A stretch of 64,000 bases of DNA from an uncultured Actinomycetota bacterium (GTDB lineage Bacteria; Actinomycetota; Actinomycetes; Propionibacteriales; Nocardioidaceae), in the NCBI GenBank assembly GCA_963834235.1, contig CAWIAS010000008.1, forward strand, positions 69,192 to 133,191. Direction: 5' to 3'. The position numbers and the translations under genes are program-made. This document shows, piece after piece, positions 1-11,382 of this stretch (position 1 is the first letter of the stretch; each line of letters opens with the position of its first letter). The notes beneath the pieces are model-generated. The model did no database searches. It was not told where the DNA came from and saw only the letters and a list, made by a program, of their open reading frames with translations.

Positions 1-116
1 CCACCTCGTCGAGAAACACCCGGACGCCGACGCGCCGTGCCTGGTCTTCCTGCCTGCCGCTCAGCAGCGCCTGCACGAGCGGCGCGGAGAGCCGGAGACC
101 GGCAGCTGAGGGACGC

Positions 117-500
117 TCAGGCGCGGCGGTCCGCGATGGACGCAGAACTCGTTGCCCTCGGGGTCCGCGAGGACGACCCACCTCTCGTTGCGCTGCCCGA
201 CGTCGACGGCACGGCGGCCAGGTCGCGCAGCGGAGACCTCGTCCTCCTGGACCCGGCAGCAGGACTGCAGGTGAGGTGGCGTCGGTCTGCTTCGCGGGCG
301 TCACCTCGGACGGGAGAAGGTCTCGTCGGCGACATCGGCGCCGCGGCGGTCGCCGTCCTGCCAGCTCGGTCTCGTCCTCGTCGACCGTCTCCTGCGCTCT
401 TGTCCTGCTCACCCGAGGTCAGGACGGCGAGGCCTCAGAACCTGGCGATTCCTGCGGTTCGTCGCTCGGTCTGCGGGCTGCGTCGTAGCTCGGTGGCCAT
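117..500 (-). pseudogene. VOC/glyoxalase-like family protein, heavily disrupted (or low-quality sequence)
   Basis: Minus-strand fragments read ...IARF(W)... and GWVVLADPEGNEFCV, the typical VOC C-terminal motif. Several frame breaks and an in-frame stop. Confidence 0.55.
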
Positions 501-638
501 GAGTGGCCTTCCGGTCGGGGCGGGCGGCGACGAATGCTAGTCGCGCACGGCGTCGAGCCGTCAGGTGACGGCGACATTGACGTCGAGCTGCGGAGTCGGT
601 GCGGCAGGCCGTCGGCGCGGTGAACTAGTCTCCTCCAC

Positions 639-1581
<943 letters not shown>

Positions 1582-1582
<1 letters not shown>

Positions 1583-2386
1583 TGGCGACCCTGCCTCCCA
1601 GCAACGTCGTCGCGGGCGCCGCCCGGCTCTTCGACTACTGGGCCGTCGCCTACCGCCGGACCTGGAAGGGCAGCGTCATCTCGTCCTTCGTGACGCCGCT
1701 GCTCTACGTCCTCGCGATGGGCGTGCTGCTCGGCGGCTTCATCGACGGCGACCCGGCCAAGCTCGAGGGCGCGACGTCCTACCTGGCCTTCGTGGCGCCC
1801 GGCCTGCTCGCCGCCCAGGCGATGACGACGGTCTTCGGCGAGGTGACCTACCCCGTCATGGGGATGATCAAGTGGCACAAGTCCTACTTCGGGATGATCG
1901 CCACGCCGCTCGGCGTCCCCGACGTGATCCTGGCCCACCTCGGGCTTCGTGCTCTTCCGGGTCGCCACGACCTGCGCGGTCTTCATCGCTGGTGCATGGC
2001 GCCGTTCGGGGTCTTCGAGTCGGTGCCGGGCGTGGTCGCGGCGTTCTTCGTCCAGGTCCTGATCGGGGTCGCGTTCGCGACGCCGCTCTACGCGTTCTCC
2101 GCCGGTCTGAAGGACGAGAGCGCGTTCTCCCTGGTCTTCCGGCTCGGGATGATCCCGATGTTCCTGTTCTCCGGCGCCTTCTTCCCGGTCTCCAACCTCG
2201 ACCCGTCGCTCGAGGGGCTGGCCGACGCTGACGCCGCTGTGGCACGGCGTCGACCTGACCCGGATGCTGGTGCTCGGGCAGGTCGACTGGTCGATGGCCG
2301 CCATCCACGTCGCCTACCTCGTGGTGCTGGCGTTCGCCGGCTGGTTCTGGGCGGTTCGCCGGCTCACGCGGAGGATGATCTCCTGA
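1582..2386 (+). CDS. ABC-2 type permease (NodJ-like), apparent frameshifts
   Basis: Hydrophobic segments; YLAFVAPGLLA and PMFLFSGAFFPV motifs; TGATG overlap with the ATPase. Confidence 0.85.
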
Positions 2387-3199
2387 TGTCCATGCTCACC
2401 GACCTCGGTCGGACGTGCGGCCGCCTCGCCGGTCTCGGCCGGCGAGGCCACCGGCCTGCTGCTCTACCGCAACTACCTCGCCTACCGCCGAGCCTGGTAC
2501 ATCTTCGTCAGCGGCTTCCTCGAGCCGGTCTTCTACCTGTTCTCGATCGGCGTCGGTGTCGGGCAGCTGGTCACCGGCTTCGAGTTCAACGGCCAGACCA
2601 TCCCGTACGCCGAGTTCGTCGCTCCGGGCATGCTCGCGGCCTCGGCGATGAACGGCTCGCTGCTCGACTCGACGTTCAACTTCTTCTTCAAGCTGAAGTA
2701 CAACAAGCTCTTCGACCAGATGCTGGCCACGCCGCTGACCACGATGGACATCGCGCGCGGCGAGCTGACCTGGTCGCTGCTGCGCGGTGGGATCTACTCC
2801 GCCGCCTTCCTGCTGGTGATGGTCGCGATGGGGCTGGTGTCCTCGTGGTGGGCGGTGCTCGTCGTGCCGGCGGCGCTGCTGATCGGGCTCGCCTTCGGCG
2901 GGGTCTGCATGGCGCTGACGACGTACATGCGCACCTGGCAGGACTTCGAGTTCGTCACGCTGGCGACGCTGCCGATGTTCCTGTTCTCGGCGACCTTCTT
3001 CCCGATCACCGCCTTCCCCGGCGCGCTCCGGTGGGTCGTCGAGTTCACCCCGCTCTACCGCGGCGTCGTGCTCTGCCGCGAGCTCACCACCGGGTCGCTG
3101 ACCGTGGCGTCGGCGGTCTCGGTCGTCTACCTGGTCGCGATGGGGCTGATCGGCCTGGCCATCGTCCGGCGCCGGCTCGACAAGCTGCTGCTCACCTGA
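2386..3199 (+). CDS. ABC-2 type permease, second subunit, N-terminal frameshift
   Basis: SGFLEPVFYL, FVAPGMLAASAMNG and PMFLFSATFFPI motifs; TGATG coupling to the previous gene. Confidence 0.85.
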
Positions 3200-3307
3200 G
3201 CACCGGTCTGGCCCACTGCCGGTCATGCCCGGGCGATCACGGCCGACTCCTGCTGAGCAGCCCCACGGCGCCGACCCGTCGCCGGGACCGCCTGACAGAA
3301 TGCGCGC

Positions 3308-4438
3308 ATGTCGATCGAACCCGACACCAAGGACTGGACCTGGGTGCTGACCCGCGCGTGCGCCGAGTGTGGGTTCGACGCACCGGCGCTCACCCGGGAG
3401 CGGATCCCGGACGCGATCCGCGACAACGCCACCCTGTGGGAGGTCGTGCTCGGCACCGACGACGCGGCCGTCCGTCCCTCACCTCACGTCTGGTCGCCCC
3501 TCGAGTACGCCTGCCACGTTCGCGACGTCAACCGGCTCTTCGCCGAGCGGGTCCGGCAGATGCTCGACCAGGACGCACCGACGTTCGCCAACTGGGACCA
3601 GGACCAGACGGCGATCGACGACGACTACGGGTCGCAGGACCCGTCCGAGGTCGGTTCCGCGGTCGTGGCTGCCGCCGACGAGGTCGCGGCCGCCTACGCG
3701 GCCGTGCGCGACGACCAGTGGGACCGGAGCGGGATGCGCAGCAACGGCGACCGGTTCACCGTCGACACCCTCGCCCGCTACCACCTCCACGACCTGGTGC
3801 ACCACGCCCACGACGTCTCCCACGTCACGAAGCGGGTCACGGTCGCGTCGTACGACGCGTTCGCGGAGGCCTACCGCGACGGCACCGCCGAGGCCTCCGA
3901 CCAGGTCCGCGCCGCCCTCGACCGGTTCGTGTCGGCGCTGCCCGCCGGCTCGCGAATGCTCGAGGTCGGCAGCGGCCCGGGCCGCGACGCGCGTGCCCTC
4001 GAGGACGCCGGCATGTCCGTCCGCCGCACCGACATCGCCCCGGCCTTCGTGACCATGCTGCGCGCGGACGGCTTCGCGGCCGAGGTGCTCGACCCGCTCA
4101 CCGACGACCTCGCGGACTCCGCCACGGACGAGCCGTACGACGGGGTCTGGGCGGCGGCGTCCCTGCTGCACGTCCGCCGTGAGGATCTTCCGCTGGCCGT
4201 GCGGCGGCTGGCGGAGGCCACCCGCGCCGACGGAGTGCTCCACCTGGCACTGAAGGAGGGCGACGGCGCCCGCTTCAGCCTGCACGGCAACGTCGCCGCG
4301 CCGCGCCACTTCACGTTCTGGCGCGAGGAGCCGCTCCGCGAGGTGCTCGCCGAGGCAGGCTGGACCGTCGACCGGGTCGACCGCAGCGTCGGGGTGCGGG
4401 ACGACCACTGGCTCAACGTGCTCGCGAGACGCACGTGA
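3308..4438 (+). CDS. DinB-family domain fused to class I SAM-dependent methyltransferase
   Basis: N-terminal PDTKDWTWVL, WSPLEYACHVRD and HDLVHHAHD (DinB His residues); C-terminal LEVGSGPGRD SAM motif I and YDGVWAAASLLH. Confidence 0.75.
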   Translation: MSIEPDTKDWTWVLTRACAECGFDAPALTRERIPDAIRDNATLWEVVLGTDDAAVRPSPHVWSPLEYACHVRDVNRLFAERVRQMLDQDAPTFANWDQDQTAIDDDYGSQDPSEVGSAVVAAADEVAAAYAAVRDDQWDRSGMRSNGDRFTVDTLARYHLHDLVHHAHDVSHVTKRVTVASYDAFAEAYRDGTAEASDQVRAALDRFVSALPAGSRMLEVGSGPGRDARALEDAGMSVRRTDIAPAFVTMLRADGFAAEVLDPLTDDLADSATDEPYDGVWAAASLLHVRREDLPLAVRRLAEATRADGVLHLALKEGDGARFSLHGNVAAPRHFTFWREEPLREVLAEAGWTVDRVDRSVGVRDDHWLNVLARRT

Positions 4439-4630
4439 GGCACACGGAGTTCTGGGACCGGATGGACCGCGCGCTCGGCCCGACGTACTCCCGGTCCTGG
4501 GCCAACCAGTACGTCATCGGTGACCTCGGCGGGCGCACCGCCTCCGAGGCGCTCGAGGCGGGGGAGCCCCCCAAGCACGTGTGGCGGGCCGTGTGGGCCG
4601 CCCTGGAGCTGCCCGCCGGTCGACAGGTGA
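4435..4630 (+). CDS. DUF3046 family small protein
   Basis: MRHTEFWDRM...LGGRTASEALEAGEPPKHVWRAV, typical of the gene upstream of actinobacterial recA. Stop at 4628-4630 after a one-base correction. Confidence 0.8.
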
Positions 4631-5881
4631 CCACGACGGTCGGCCTCGACGTCGACGCGCTCCAGCGCCGGACCATCGCCACCCTGGCGACGTCGCAGGC
4701 GGTCGGCGCGGTCGGCATCACGATCGGCATCGCCACCGCCTCGCTGCTCGCCCGCGACATCTCCGGCTCCGAGCAGCAGGCCGGACTTGCGCAGACCTTC
4801 CAGGTGCTCGGGGCGGCCGTGGCGTCGTACCTCCTGGCGCGGTTGATGTCGCGTCGCGGACGCCGGGTCGGGCTGGTGACCGGCTACCTCCTCGGTGCCG
4901 CTGGTGCCGGGCTGGCGGTGGTGGCCGGGGTGGTCGGCTCGATGGCGCTCCTGCTGCTCGGGTGCCGTCCTGCTCGGGGCGACGACCGCGGCGAACAGCG
5001 GAGCCCGGTACGCCGCCACGGACCTGGCGCCGGCGGAGACCCGGGCCCGCGCGCTCTCGACCGTGGTCTGGGCGACGACCATCGGCGCGGTCGTCGGGCC
5101 CAACCTGACCGGGCTGTCGGCCACCGTGGCCGACCGGCTCGACATCCCCGAGCTGACGGGGCCGTTCGCCCTGGGCAGCGTCGGGATGCTCGGCGCGGCC
5201 CTGGTGATCTGGGTGCGACTGCGGCCCGACCCGCTGCTGATGGCGCGCGAGCTCGCCCCCGATCCGCTCCCCACGACCGGGACGACGTCGTGGGGCCGGG
5301 TGGTCACGGCCGTCCGGGAGCGACCGGTGCTGGGCGCCGCGATCGCCGGGCTGGCGGGCGCCCACGCGGCCATGGTGGCGGTGATGGTGATGACCCCGCT
5401 GCACATGGAGCACGGAGGAGCGGAGCTTCGAGTCATCGGCTTCGTGATCAGCGTTCACGTCCTCGGCATGTTCGCCTTCTCGCCGCTCGTCGGTCTGCTC
5501 GCCGACCGCCGCGGACGCCCGCCGGTGCTGTTCGTCGGGGGAGTGCTGCTCCTGGTCTCGCTCCTCCTGTGCGGAAGCTCGCCCGAAGGCAGCTCGTGGC
5601 AGATCTTCGCCGGCCTCTTCCTGCTCGGCCTCGGCTGGTCGTTCTCGACGGTCGCGGCCTCGACGATGGTGGCCGACCACGCACCGCTGGAGGCCAGGAC
5701 CGACGTCCAGGGTGCCGCCGACCTGCTGATGGGCCTGTCCGCCGCCGGTGCCGGCGGCTTGGCCGGCGTCGTCGTCGCGGTGTGGGGCTACCCCGTGCTC
5801 GCGGTCGCCGCGGTGGCACTCGCGGGCGTGGTGATGGTGGCGGCGTACGTCGGGGCGACACGCCGGGTCGAGATCACCTGA
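4627..5881 (+). CDS. MFS transporter, apparent frameshift near 4960
   Basis: About 12 hydrophobic segments; MFS motif-A-like LMSRRGRR and GLLADRRGR. Confidence 0.85.
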
Positions 5882-5897
5882 TCGAACACGTGTTCGG
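5882..5897. promoter_or_regulatory. LexA (SOS) box upstream of recA
   Basis: TCGAAC-ACGT-GTTCGG versus the actinobacterial consensus TCGAAC-N4-GTTCGA. Confidence 0.85.
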
Positions 5898-5968
5898 TCT
5901 AGGTTTGTCTCCACAGGTACGACGCAGGCCGAGGTTCTCCACAGAGGTCGACAGCGCTGATCAGGCAA

Positions 5969-5990
5969 TGTCGGTGGCTCGTCCTAGCGT
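5969..5990 (+). promoter_or_regulatory. RecA-NDp / PafBC-type DNA-damage promoter of recA
   Basis: TGTCGG-N10-TAGCGT, an exact match to the TGTCGG-N10-TANNNT motif, 42 bp before the recA ATG. Confidence 0.8.
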
Positions 5991-6032
5991 CGCCGACGTA
6001 CCTGCAACCGACGACACAGAAGAGGAAACCCC

Positions 6033-7076
6033 ATGGCTGGTGGAGATCGCGAGAAGGCACTGGACGCCGCCCTCGCCAACATCGAGAAGCAGTTCGGCAA
6101 GGGCTCGGTCATGCGACTGGGCGACGAGACCCGCGCTCCGCTCGAGGTGATCCCCACCGGGTCGATCGCCCTCGACGTGGCGCTCGGCCTGGGCGGCCTC
6201 CCGCGCGGCCGCGTCGTCGAGATCTACGGTCCGGAGTCCTCGGGCAAGACGACGGTCGCGCTGCACGCCGTGGCCAATGCCCAGGCGGCCGGCGGGATCG
6301 TCGCCTTCATCGACGCCGAGCACGCGCTCGACCCCGACTACGCCAAGGCGCTCGGCGTGGACACCGACGCGCTGCTGGTCTCCCAGCCCGACTCCGGCGA
6401 GCAGGCGCTGGAGATCGCGGACATGCTGATCCGCTCCGGCGCCCTGTCCCTGATCGTCATCGACTCGGTGGCGGCGCTGGTGCCCCGCGCGGAGATCGAG
6501 GGCGAGATGGGTGACAGCCACGTCGGCCTCCAGGCCCGCCTGATGAGCCAGGCGCTGCGCAAGATGACCGGCGCCCTCAACAACTCCGGCACCACGATGA
6601 TCTTCATCAACCAGCTGCGCGAGAAGATCGGCGTCATGTTCGGCTCGCCGGAGACCACCACGGGCGGCAAGGCGCTGAAGTTCTACTCCTCGGTGCGGCT
6701 CGACGTGCGCCGGATCGAGACGCTCAAGGACGGCACCGACATGGTCGGCAACCGCACCCGGGTCAAGGTCGTCAAGAACAAGGTCGCTCCGCCGTTCAAG
6801 CAGGCGGAGTTCGACATCATGTACGGCAAGGGCATCTCCCGCGAGGGCGGCCTGATCGACGTGGGTGTCGAGGCGGGCCTCGTCCGCAAGGCCGGTGCCT
6901 GGTACACCTACGAGGGCGACCAGCTCGGCCAGGGCAAGGAAAACGCCCGCAGCTTCCTCAAGGACAACCCCGACCTCGCCAACGAGCTCGAGAAGAAGAT
7001 CCTCGAGAAGCTCGGCGTCGGTCCGACGGTTGACGCCGAGGCGCCGCTGGACCCGCTCGGGGTCGATGACTTCTGA
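6033..7076 (+). CDS. recA: Recombinase A
   Basis: [28 protein letters not shown] and GGKALKFY motifs; intact 347 aa. Confidence 0.99.
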   Translation: MAGGDREKALDAALANIEKQFGKGSVMRLGDETRAPLEVIPTGSIALDVALGLGGLPRGRVVEIYGPESSGKTTVALHAVANAQAAGGIVAFIDAEHALDPDYAKALGVDTDALLVSQPDSGEQALEIADMLIRSGALSLIVIDSVAALVPRAEIEGEMGDSHVGLQARLMSQALRKMTGALNNSGTTMIFINQLREKIGVMFGSPETTTGGKALKFYSSVRLDVRRIETLKDGTDMVGNRTRVKVVKNKVAPPFKQAEFDIMYGKGISREGGLIDVGVEAGLVRKAGAWYTYEGDQLGQGKENARSFLKDNPDLANELEKKILEKLGVGPTVDAEAPLDPLGVDDF

Positions 7077-7171
7077 GGTCGGCCGCGGCAGCGGACGTCC
7101 TGAGGGTGGTTGAGCGAGCCGAAGCCCCGTGAGGCGAGAGCCAACCTCGACCACGGAGCGAAGGAGCGAGG

Positions 7172-7784
7172 GTGGAGCGCGAGGATCGACCGGCACCCGG
7201 ATGGGCGGGTGACGTCCACACGGGCGTCGACGCGTGGACCCAACGGGCGACCAGGTCGGCGTCGGCTCCTCCGGAGGACGTCGAGGCGACTGGCCCGGAC
7301 GCGGACACGGAGTCGGTGGCCCGCAAGATCCTGCTCGACCCGCTGACCGGGCAGGCCCGATCCGCAAGGAGCTGGCCGACAAGCTGGCGAAGAAGAACGT
7401 CCCCGACGACGTCGCCGCCCGCCTCCTCGACCGGTTCGAGGAGGTCGGGCTGGTCGACGACGAGGCCTTCGCCCGGGCCTGGATCGCCAGCCGCCAGCCG
7501 GGCAAGGGGCTGGCCCGGAGGGCGCTCGCCCAGGAGCTGCGGCGCAAGGGCATCGACGACGAGGTGGCCACGCGAGGCGCTCGACGAGATCGACCCCGAC
7601 GACGAGGAGACCGCGGCCCGGGCGCTGGTGCGCAAGAAGCTGCGCTCGCTGAGCCGGGTCGACGACACCACCGCCACCCGGCGCCTGGTCGGCATGCTGG
7701 CCCGCAAGGGCTACTCGTCGGGCTTGGCGTTCTCCGTCGTCCGTGAGGAGATTGCCGCCTCCGACCGGGCGCGAGGTCGTCTAA
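7172..7784 (+). CDS. recX: Regulatory protein RecX, apparent frameshifts
   Basis: RSRKELADKL, VGLVDDEAFA, ELRRKGID and MLARKGY motifs; directly after recA. Start uncertain. Confidence 0.9.
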
Positions 7785-7793
7785 CCTCGCCGG

Positions 7794-8504
7794 ATGGAGG
7801 GTGTCACTCACCTGACCGTGCTCGATCGTGGCCACGAGCTGAGCGGGGTCGTCCGGCCCGGCGAGTCCTGGGCTGCCGCAGCACGCCGGATCGCCGCCTC
7901 GATCAGCCGGGAGCCGACGCCGCGCGACCTCTCGGGTGAGGTCAAGCGCTTCGAGGTCGATCACGACCTCAAGGTCGCGTTGCGGGCGATGACCCGCGGG
8001 GACCTACCCGATGTCGCCCGCTGGCGCGCCTCCGAGCACGTTCACCGCTGGTGGTCCGACGACGGCCAACCGGATCTCCCGTCGGTCACCGCCCAGTACG
8101 GCTCCGACATCGACGGCGTCACTCCGACCCGGATGTGGGTGGTCGAGGCGAACGGCCGCTCGGTGGGCTTCTGCCAGGAGTACCGCCTGCGTGACTACCC
8201 CGACTACGCCCTGCTCACGCCCGACCCGGACGCCCTCGGAGTGGACTTCGCCATCGGGGACGAGAAGTTCGTCGGACGCGGCGTCGGCACCCGGATGCTG
8301 TGGGCCTGGCTGGCCGGTGCCCGGCGACGCCACCCTGACGTGCCGGCGTACTTCGCCGCGCCGGACCACCGCAACGCAGCGTCGATCCGGGTCCTGAAGA
8401 AGGTCGGCTTCGTGCCGGGCACCTGGTTCGACGACCGGCGCAGCGACGGCTCGGTGGAGACGGTGGTCGGCTGCACGCTCGACGTGCGCCGCGTCCTCGG
8501 CTGA
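7794..8504 (+). CDS. GNAT N-acetyltransferase (AAC(6')-Ib/acetyltransf_8-like) with N-terminal extension
   Basis: HVHRWW, GVDFAIG, GRGVGT acetyl-CoA motif, NAASIRVLKKVGF. Confidence 0.8.
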   Translation: MEGVTHLTVLDRGHELSGVVRPGESWAAAARRIAASISREPTPRDLSGEVKRFEVDHDLKVALRAMTRGDLPDVARWRASEHVHRWWSDDGQPDLPSVTAQYGSDIDGVTPTRMWVVEANGRSVGFCQEYRLRDYPDYALLTPDPDALGVDFAIGDEKFVGRGVGTRMLWAWLAGARRRHPDVPAYFAAPDHRNAASIRVLKKVGFVPGTWFDDRRSDGSVETVVGCTLDVRRVLG

Positions 8505-8532
8505 CGAGCAGTCATGGGTCATGATGACGTCC

Positions 8533-9380
8533 ATGTTCGAGCAAACGCTGCGACTGCCCCCTGGTCCGGTCGACCTGTCGACCCTGCCCACCGGCGACAC
8601 CCCCGGCTTCGAGGGGGGAAGAAGGACGGCAAGGGGGCGTTGATGTCGCTGGGCGACAACCTGTCCGACCTCCAGGAGCGGCTCTTCGCCGAGGGTGTGG
8701 CCGGGGTGGGCCCCGGACGTGCCCTGCTGCTCGTCCTGCAGGGCATGGACACCTCGGGCAAGGGCGGCGTGCTGCGGCACACCGTGGGTCTCGTCGACCC
8801 GCAGGGTGTGCGGATCACGTCGTTCAAGGCCCCCGACGACGAGGAGCAGTCCCACGACTTCCTGTGGCGGGTCCGTCGCGCGCTGCCGTCACCCGGAGTG
8901 ATCGGCGTCTTCGACCGCTCGCACTACGAGGACGTCCTGATCGCGAAGGTGCGTCGGCTCGCGCCCGCCGATGAGATCGAGCGTCGCTACCAGGCGATCA
9001 ACGATTTCGAGGCCGAGGTGCTCGCGTCCGGGATCACCATCGTGAAGTGCATGCTCCACATCTCGGCCGAGACCCAGAAGGAGCGGCTGCTGGCGCGGCT
9101 CGACAACCCTGACAAGCACTGGAAGTTCAACCCGAAGGACATCGACGAGCGGCGACTCTGGGGCGACTACCGGGCGGCGTACGAGCTGGCCCTGGAGCGC
9201 ACCAACACGGAGGTGGCGCCGTGGTACGTCGTGCCGAGCGACCGCAAGTGGTACCGCAACCTCGCGATCGGCCGGCTCCTGCACGATGCCCTGGCCCGGA
9301 TGGCCCCGGAGTGGCCGGGAGCCGACTTCGACGTCGAGGAGCAGCAGGCCCGCCTGGTCGACGAGGCCGTGGTCGCTTGA
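8533..9380 (+). CDS. ppk2: Polyphosphate kinase 2 family (polyP:nucleotide phosphotransferase)
   Basis: LQGMDTSGKGG, HDFLWR, FDRSHYEDVL, KHWKF and APWYVVP motifs. ATG 8533 joins the main frame across the G-run near 8615. Confidence 0.92.
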
Positions 9381-10157
9381 TCCCCACCGTCCCCGTCACC
9401 CGCTACGTCACGCCGCTCCGCGAGGGCGGCAGCCTGCCGGGGATCGTCGAGGCCGACGACCTGGGCACCTACGTCTGCAAGTTCCGGGGCGCCGGACAAG
9501 GGGTGCGCGTCCTGGTCGCCGAGGTCATCGTGGGGGAGCTCGCCCGACGGATCGGCCTGACCACGCCCCGCCTGGTGGCGCTCGACCTCGACCCGCAGAT
9601 CGCGAGGTACGAAGCCGACGAGGAGGTCCAGGACCTGTTGAACGCCAGCCCCGGCCTCAACCTCGGCGTCGACTTCCTGCCCGGCGCGTTCGGCTTCGAC
9701 GGCACCGAACCGCTCACGGCTCGCAGCGGACCTGGCGCCGGGGCGAAGGTCCTGTGGCTGGACGCGTTCTGCGCCAACGTCGACCGCACCTGGCGAAACC
9801 CCAACCTCCTGTTCTGGCACGGTGAGCTCTGGGTCATCGACCACGGGGCGTCGCTCTACTTCCACCACGGATGGGGCGGCGGGTGTCACGGACCCCCAGC
9901 GCTTCGCGGACCAGCCGTGGGATCCCGCCGATCACGTCTTCCGCGACCAGGTCCCGTCGCTGGTGCAGCTCGACGCCGAGCTGGCCGGCCAGCTGGGACC
10001 CGAGGTCTTCACCGAGGTGCTCGCCGAGGTCCCCGACACCTGGCTCGAGCCGGTGCCGGGCGCCGATACGCCGACCGCGGTGCGCGCGGCCTACGTCGAG
10101 TTCCTCACCGCGCGGCTCGCCACCCGGCAGTGGCTGCCCCGTGAGGTCGCGGCATGA
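9377..10157 (+). CDS. HipA-like (HipA_2 type) kinase, frameshift near 9885
   Basis: YVTPLREGGSLP, VCKFRGAGQG, NVDRTWRNPNLL (catalytic loop) and WVIDHG (Mg-binding loop); TTGA overlap with ppk2. Confidence 0.8.
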
Positions 10158-10543
10158 GCGGTGCGAGCCGGATGGCCTACCAGTACGTCGTGCTGAGGTG
10201 CGTGCCCCGGGTGGACCGCGAGGAGTTCCTCAACGTGGGTGTCGTCGTGCACTGTCAGGCGGAGGACTTCCTGGAGGCGGCCTGGAACGTCGACGCCGAC
10301 CGGCTTCGTGCCCTCGATCCCAGGCTCGACGTCGAGCAGCTGTGCGAGGCGCTCGCCTTCGTCGAGGGCGTGTGCGCCGGTGACAGCCGCGGGGGAGCCG
10401 CAGCGGGCAAGCCGATCGGGACCCGGTTCGGTTTCATCAAGGCACCCCGCAGCACCGTGCTCCAGCCCGGCCCGGTGCACGGTGGTGTCACCGCGGACCC
10501 GGCCCGGCAGCTGGAGCACCTGCTGAGCAGCTTCGTGGGTTAG
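10154..10543 (+). CDS. DUF3037 domain protein
   Basis: YQYVVLRCVPRVDREEFLNVGVV and RFGFIKAPRSTVLQPGPVHGG motifs; usual partner of the HipA_2 kinase. Confidence 0.85.
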   Translation: MSGASRMAYQYVVLRCVPRVDREEFLNVGVVVHCQAEDFLEAAWNVDADRLRALDPRLDVEQLCEALAFVEGVCAGDSRGGAAAGKPIGTRFGFIKAPRSTVLQPGPVHGGVTADPARQLEHLLSSFVG

Positions 10544-10565
10544 GAGCCTCGGAGCCGGCCGGCGC

Positions 10566-11309
10566 TCAGACCGGGACCAGCTCGACGGCTCCCACGGCGT
10601 ACCGGGCCAGGATCGTGCGGGCCAGCTCGGGGTGAACCCCCAACGGGGCCGACACGGCCACGGCTCCCGCCTCGATCGCGAGCTCGGCCGCCCGGTCCGG
10701 CAGGAAGCCCGGAGCCAGGAAGAGCGACGCGACCGCGATGTGGCGACGCCCCTCGGCCCGGAAGGCGCGGACCGCCTCACCCGTGGCGGGGGGTGACGCC
10801 GATGCGAAGGCTGCGGTGACCGGAAGCTTGTGGTGGTTGCCCCAGACCCGGGCCAGCCGGGCAACGGCCTGGTTGGCGAGCGGGTCGGAGGAGCCGGCCG
10901 CCGCCAGGACGAGCGCGTCGAGCTCCCGCACCCGGGACTCCCTGAGGGCCTCGCGCATCCGCAGGTCGAGGATCTCGAGGAACTGGGTCTCCAGTCCGAG
11001 GATCGAGGTGGTCCGGATCCGGAGCCCCTCGTGACGGGCCAGCGCCTCGGCGACGGCGCCGGGGACGTCCACCTTGGCGTGGTAGGCCTCGGTGAGCAGG
11101 AGAGGCACGACGACGATCTCGTCGTGGCCGGCTCGCACGAGCCGGTTGATGACCGTCGTGAACGACGGCTTCGACAGCTCGAGGAAGGCCGGTTCGATGC
11201 GCAGGTCGGGCCGCAGGGAACGGACCTCGGCGACCAGGGCGGTGATCGTCTCGGCAGAACGCGGGTCACGGCTTCCGTGAGCCAGAGCCACCAGGGCAGG
11301 AGCAGCCAT
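10566..11309 (-). CDS. sirB: Sirohydrochlorin chelatase (SirB/CbiX family)
   Basis: AHGSRDP, AFLEL and PLLLTEAYHAKVDVP motifs; last gene of the sulfite reductase operon. Confidence 0.88.
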   Translation of the reverse strand: MAAPALVALAHGSRDPRSAETITALVAEVRSLRPDLRIEPAFLELSKPSFTTVINRLVRAGHDEIVVVPLLLTEAYHAKVDVPGAVAEALARHEGLRIRTTSILGLETQFLEILDLRMREALRESRVRELDALVLAAAGSSDPLANQAVARLARVWGNHHKLPVTAAFASASPPATGEAVRAFRAEGRRHIAVASLFLAPGFLPDRAAELAIEAGAVAVSAPLGVHPELARTILARYAVGAVELVPV

Positions 11310-11382
11310 CAGAACGGCCTCCTCTTGTTGTTGCGGGGTTGGCGCGGACCGACGACGGTGTCGGTCCGATTTCGGATCGGGG

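Noticed and set aside
4435..6150. Apparent DUF3046-MFS fusion (571 aa)
   Set aside because: One extra base near 4617 removes the DUF3046 stop; a GTGA overlap restores two normal genes.
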